Assembly (NCBI GenBank): GCA_964373715.1
Contig: CAYJVR010000005.1
Span: 46,805-110,804 of the forward strand
Direction: 5' to 3'
Length of the DNA: 64,000 nt
Source: an uncultured Planctomycetia bacterium
GTDB lineage: Bacteria; Omnitrophota; Gorgyraeia; 1-14-0-20-64-10
The notes under the pieces are model-generated. The model was not told the origin of the DNA. It did no database searches and was given only the letters and a program-made list of their open reading frames with translations. Position numbers and translations under genes: made by a program. Positions 62,801 to 64,000 of this stretch are shown here, piece by piece (positions within the stretch are counted from its first letter, which is position 1; every line of letters begins with the position of its first letter).

Positions 62801-64000
62801 GCCTGACGGTCCGCCTGGGGAACCTGCCTGAAGATGCCGCTGATCAAACCGACATAAATATCTTCCCATTCCGATTCCGGTATATTGGGGTTTTCGTCGT
62901 AACGGGCTGGGCTGGCGCCGCGGCCTAATTCGATCGTCCACTGCAGCAGATTCGGAATCTCCTGCAGGGCCGTCACACCTCTCTGCAGGAAATCCCTCTC
63001 GGAGCCGTTGGCATCCGCCTGCGCAATTTGTCCAATCGTTCCGGTGGCCCGCTCCACGAGGTCCTGCACATGTTCCGGATCGTAATCGTACCGGTAGCTC
63101 GAAATAATCGGATCGGCCCTGTTTTTCCAAAAGGAGATCGGCACCGGAGTCCGGAAGAACGGCTCCAGAGCAAAACGGGAGAGGGCGAAGAAACCCAGCA
63201 ATCCAAGCCAGCCAACCCCACCAGTAAAGAAAAGAGCAATGCCGATCCACAAAGGAGGAGAGGTGTAATACCATGCCCGGGAGACAACCGCCCGGGCTAC
63301 AGGAACAGCCCCAACGATCGCTCCTGTCACGAACCCGATTGCCGCGCCAACCGGCCCGCCGGCCAGGAATCCGGCGGCGGCTCCCCACAAACCGGCAATA
63401 AAGCTGTTCTTGGCACGAACCCGGATCGGTTCCGGTCTATCCGCATCAGGCCAGCCTTCGGCCCACCGTCTCAACGTAAGAATATCGGAAATCCGGTAGA
63501 GGGCCTGCCGGATCTGCCCGCCTCTCCAGGCATTGGCGTCCCATCCCAGCCGGGGTCCCATATGGAAAAAGCCGTTAGTGTTCCAATTTCCGGCTGCCGC
63601 CGGCGCGGAGGCGGCTTCCGTCCCCTCTTCCAATCCGGACCGAGGGCCTCTCACGCGGTCACTGCGCCGCCACCTTGCCATATCCAGATAAGCGTTTCGG
63701 GCAAGCTGGGACTGATTTCTCCTGGCGGCCGACACCGCATCATGCGCCTGCATCACTTCAGCCGCCGATCCCTGCTGCCACGGGGTCACACCGCGCAGAA
63801 CGACATTCCCCTGCCCGTCCATCTCCGGAGCAACCCGGTAAATCCCGTGCAGGATGGCCAAGGCCAAACCCATGCGGGCGGATTTCGGCGTCTGGACCAG
63901 CGATGGGCCGAACCAAGCGTCAAACTTGCTGGGATGGTCCGATATGCGGGTTTGTCCATCCACCCCCGATTCAAAATTGATCCAGGTGTGAAGACCGACC
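56839..64000 (-). CDS. Giant protein, 5'-partial (the frame is open beyond 64000; at least 2387 codons in window). It has a polytopic membrane N-terminal region, a long helical/coiled-coil region, the conserved periplasmic module, a TM helix, a P/T-rich linker and a conserved cytoplasmic C-terminal domain
   Basis: The track ORF begins at a GTG at 63963, but the reading frame continues without a stop to the window edge. Multiple TM helices early (FIAGLWGAAAGFLAGGPVGAAIGFVTGAIVGAV ...). Module GGLVTYGDQGVAQYGRQDNAGQRLVPVFERVGARTVPVIKEVRIVYDEQ (about 57850-58600). TM helix GWSLLTIGGLAVAGLATLGLGWIIG. C-terminus ... DAGYIAWAPFVAKSGASVAVLT ... KVQSYLDSLA. Confidence 0.8.
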   Translation of the reverse strand, partial: VGLHTWINFESGVDGQTRISDHPSKFDAWFGPSLVQTPKSARMGLALAILHGIYRVAPEMDGQGNVVLRGVTPWQQGSAAEVMQAHDAVSAARRNQSQLARNAYLDMARWRRSDRVRGPRSGLEEGTEAASAPAAAGNWNTNGFFHMGPRLGWDANAWRGGQIRQALYRISDILTLRRWAEGWPDADRPEPIRVRAKNSFIAGLWGAAAGFLAGGPVGAAIGFVTGAIVGAVPVARAVVSRAWYYTSPPLWIGIALFFTGGVGWLGLLGFFALSRFALEPFFRTPVPISFWKNRADPIISSYRYDYDPEHVQDLVERATGTIGQIAQADANGSERDFLQRGVTALQEIPNLLQWTIELGRGASPARYDENPNIPESEWEDIYVGLISGIFRQVPQADRQAAQYVMVRIVEGHRAAAGQPPDLITALNYGSHDPGVPSLGNKQRIMMWFRDHHGHATPHYLLNNLLPASLRDRVNERRRSWGWSSPATAMGGIRISSTHDNPVQAYLDSGSTEPYVEWLLRQESHLQPDTDSVVRTMAQRGRGGVSSLRGGLFISPEMRYSGMFNPGIRPHRFPIVDGILYHLSHALDSLGPVGRFLNRVLGTAASAGIGWWAATGGFTLLKGALVGLGLATPLALLITAAATGLVLFLALRAAVSSWHSFDGKDGYRLDQWVDEGWRGDGIRSLSLIPGFAKWVIYQVLLRLIIRPLDNVLPTRSLLYSLDARILAANAGQPVTMFQGMIHDVDWPLWFGPLPPGLPYGKVTLFERSATAADASALPITVALRLANEPAWTRVLSELNYLNSGRMTREAYPSRTLAEDTGVNEMMLLNPAGLPSSPAVSLWLERKLLYEMLRMRDDEDAMQRAMLFAKGMGMERANTVLRSGAASDISGVLADVAHLSSDQQLNFFISITSALEAFDRNEVSTAGASGASVYSYLLSAGTLSPLFSRVVGAYAPAEIEALLWYLMFAHIDQHRGGALARQIERIQIDRGALAGPAQIAPGQTLNDLAVMERLLQGTFIDPRMALSAVWLAEQNGTVGPIADTPTFHLSQSRRVSDMKTVTLVGIQFFPPSWGGREALITDAQPHLRAINRILRQAGKDHLIIASKDVLNKLEVVLARPMGAAPVAGLEGDPPVDTLNPDRREFLKAFFAGAALLTAASLVDPPETNAQIPPDPTTQSVRDLQGTLLANQAAFAQPRLRFLQANLERYRRLRGSGAISLEELQEAMAAVEMGPLIAAEGQVLALLRSYLSGTDPRPGEVTDSIRAQIEAAIRSAEAVQRFFTEQNDRAQRLLRLNSISREEADLIGASFQGSGHQLRLLQELARMYADLAQIGGYMPLPVARMSSVEIGANIRDAVPPLPGQMPRLTDEEKNRLLRSVRLHLFNILEIEKDRLDVHIDIRRRIYQRAADLYARRAISLSEREAAAFLNAQATQFTSLKNVLTAQQWILLVAGGIDHPRGAAGRPANLLQAQQRLDAAIIEQTGSLVLLAGARVTYRQAEFNRQAWLLERGATSRQEHSDAQYELRKVQVQRRLILKQQQLDEILRQLGFPASILQTTDTISGAIDIQALIQPAQIGLTEELEAEQIAELEINAWNIQMEMFDDKAAVADLEIAKLNEDAERIERLLARNAIGRWAGDDAADMRNETRLYEARKVLALAEKAIVRATNQESFTAAVDRYELAIVEVTNRERTRITARVAVLNERVRTASAPSAPYSREEIDFFRAQAEALTLRKNELDARVQLNTRFRENGFPLIDFDKPTGSSTSSASPESLKLVLDATQLGVGTARVHGDERSMLVLPGAWWVWLAGPPVLGEVNDWAAEHRMLRIRRGEPAEGNFILPEYFQQVRSDTGALEGPQRGGTVGKRLYVTSWGLKPYQLRSGYYRVEALEGGITLDSNTEAIRLGTVIRPDPADPTRQLPSTHGLIGFAAYAVRMMPTATGGTRREYAPIGVVVQQIPLEAYNRRVEGREAPIRLSSIGPGADGRPSYGEFFTGGLVTYGDQGVAQYGRQDNAGQRLVPVFERVGARTVPVIKEVRIVYDEQAQLLIVSFRNHDHALPQAPAPIQPIQQPQAQEEIEGQGWSLLTIGGLAVAGLATLGLGWIIGRRILRRGQGEGTGTSAQSPVTTTDTTAADQTAAPPVESSGTDEPPAPPVEPDDTTPPGTTPGAGLEELARTTETVATVPLLQQLSVELRGAAIIPGQVGELSRALGQMAHGPDLDLGIEAGALRSEIQTGLEADAVPAVQAIRADFRPADAVELTGLLFDETLYESTDAGYIAWAPFVAKSGASVAVLTQKAAVAEGLKKLFRETGLSADSYAVVSLEEFAGDRQQALAALENLLVGASSFPVVQPTVGFEMMKRVLEQMGFVVISENFKVDLQKVQSYLDSLA

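Noticed and set aside
1-64000. CRISPR arrays, rRNA genes, tRNA genes, transposases and integrases
   Set aside because: I looked for regularly spaced direct repeats, conserved rRNA stretches, cloverleaf-sized intergenic segments and IS-like ORFs and found none. Intergenic regions are few and short apart from those described. Short tRNAs could be missed by eye, but no non-coding gap has a tRNA-like composition

Overview
GC-rich bacterial window (by eye; GC not computed) with extreme strand bias: every gene I can support except one HAD hydrolase lies on the minus strand. Plus-strand ORFs in the track that overlap real minus-strand genes have R/P/G-rich, low-complexity translations typical of antisense frames in high-GC DNA, and I treat them as artefacts. 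Five giant genes dominate the window: 1..5892 (3'-partial, not in the ORF track), 5943..16019 (3358 aa), 45815..53128 (2437 aa), 53085..56819 (1244 aa) and 56839..>64000 (5'-partial). The 3358-aa protein embeds recognisable enzyme modules: a GlmS-like glutamine amidotransferase, tandem SIS domains, an ACT domain and a left-handed beta-helix region. The beta-helix region is paralogous to the stand-alone 663-aa protein immediately downstream of nagB, which I think I recognise as DUF4954 (family name recalled from memory, not verified here). Between the giant genes sits an amino-sugar/chitobiose utilisation locus: a GH94 phosphorylase, a ROK regulator, nagA, and a CUT1 ABC permease plus a fused solute-binding-protein/permease. 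Further along are cell-envelope genes (coiled-coil proteins, a TPR-HExxH protein, a PDZ protein, a HAMP protein). A tandem array of secreted paralogs shares a roughly 130-aa beta-sandwich, carbohydrate-binding-like module (motif GGWCGYYTLL ... FWVKGE.GGE.F ... EWQ ... DD), and the same module is inserted into the periplasmic loop of the ABC permease. The three downstream giant genes form one tightly spaced operon with a shared C-terminal periplasmic module, and the first two share near-identical cytoplasmic tails. I found no rRNA, tRNA, CRISPR array, transposase or integrase. The intergenic regions of the nag/ABC locus carry a recurring palindrome (GTCCGCC..GGCGGAC) and a mosaic GC-rich repeat.
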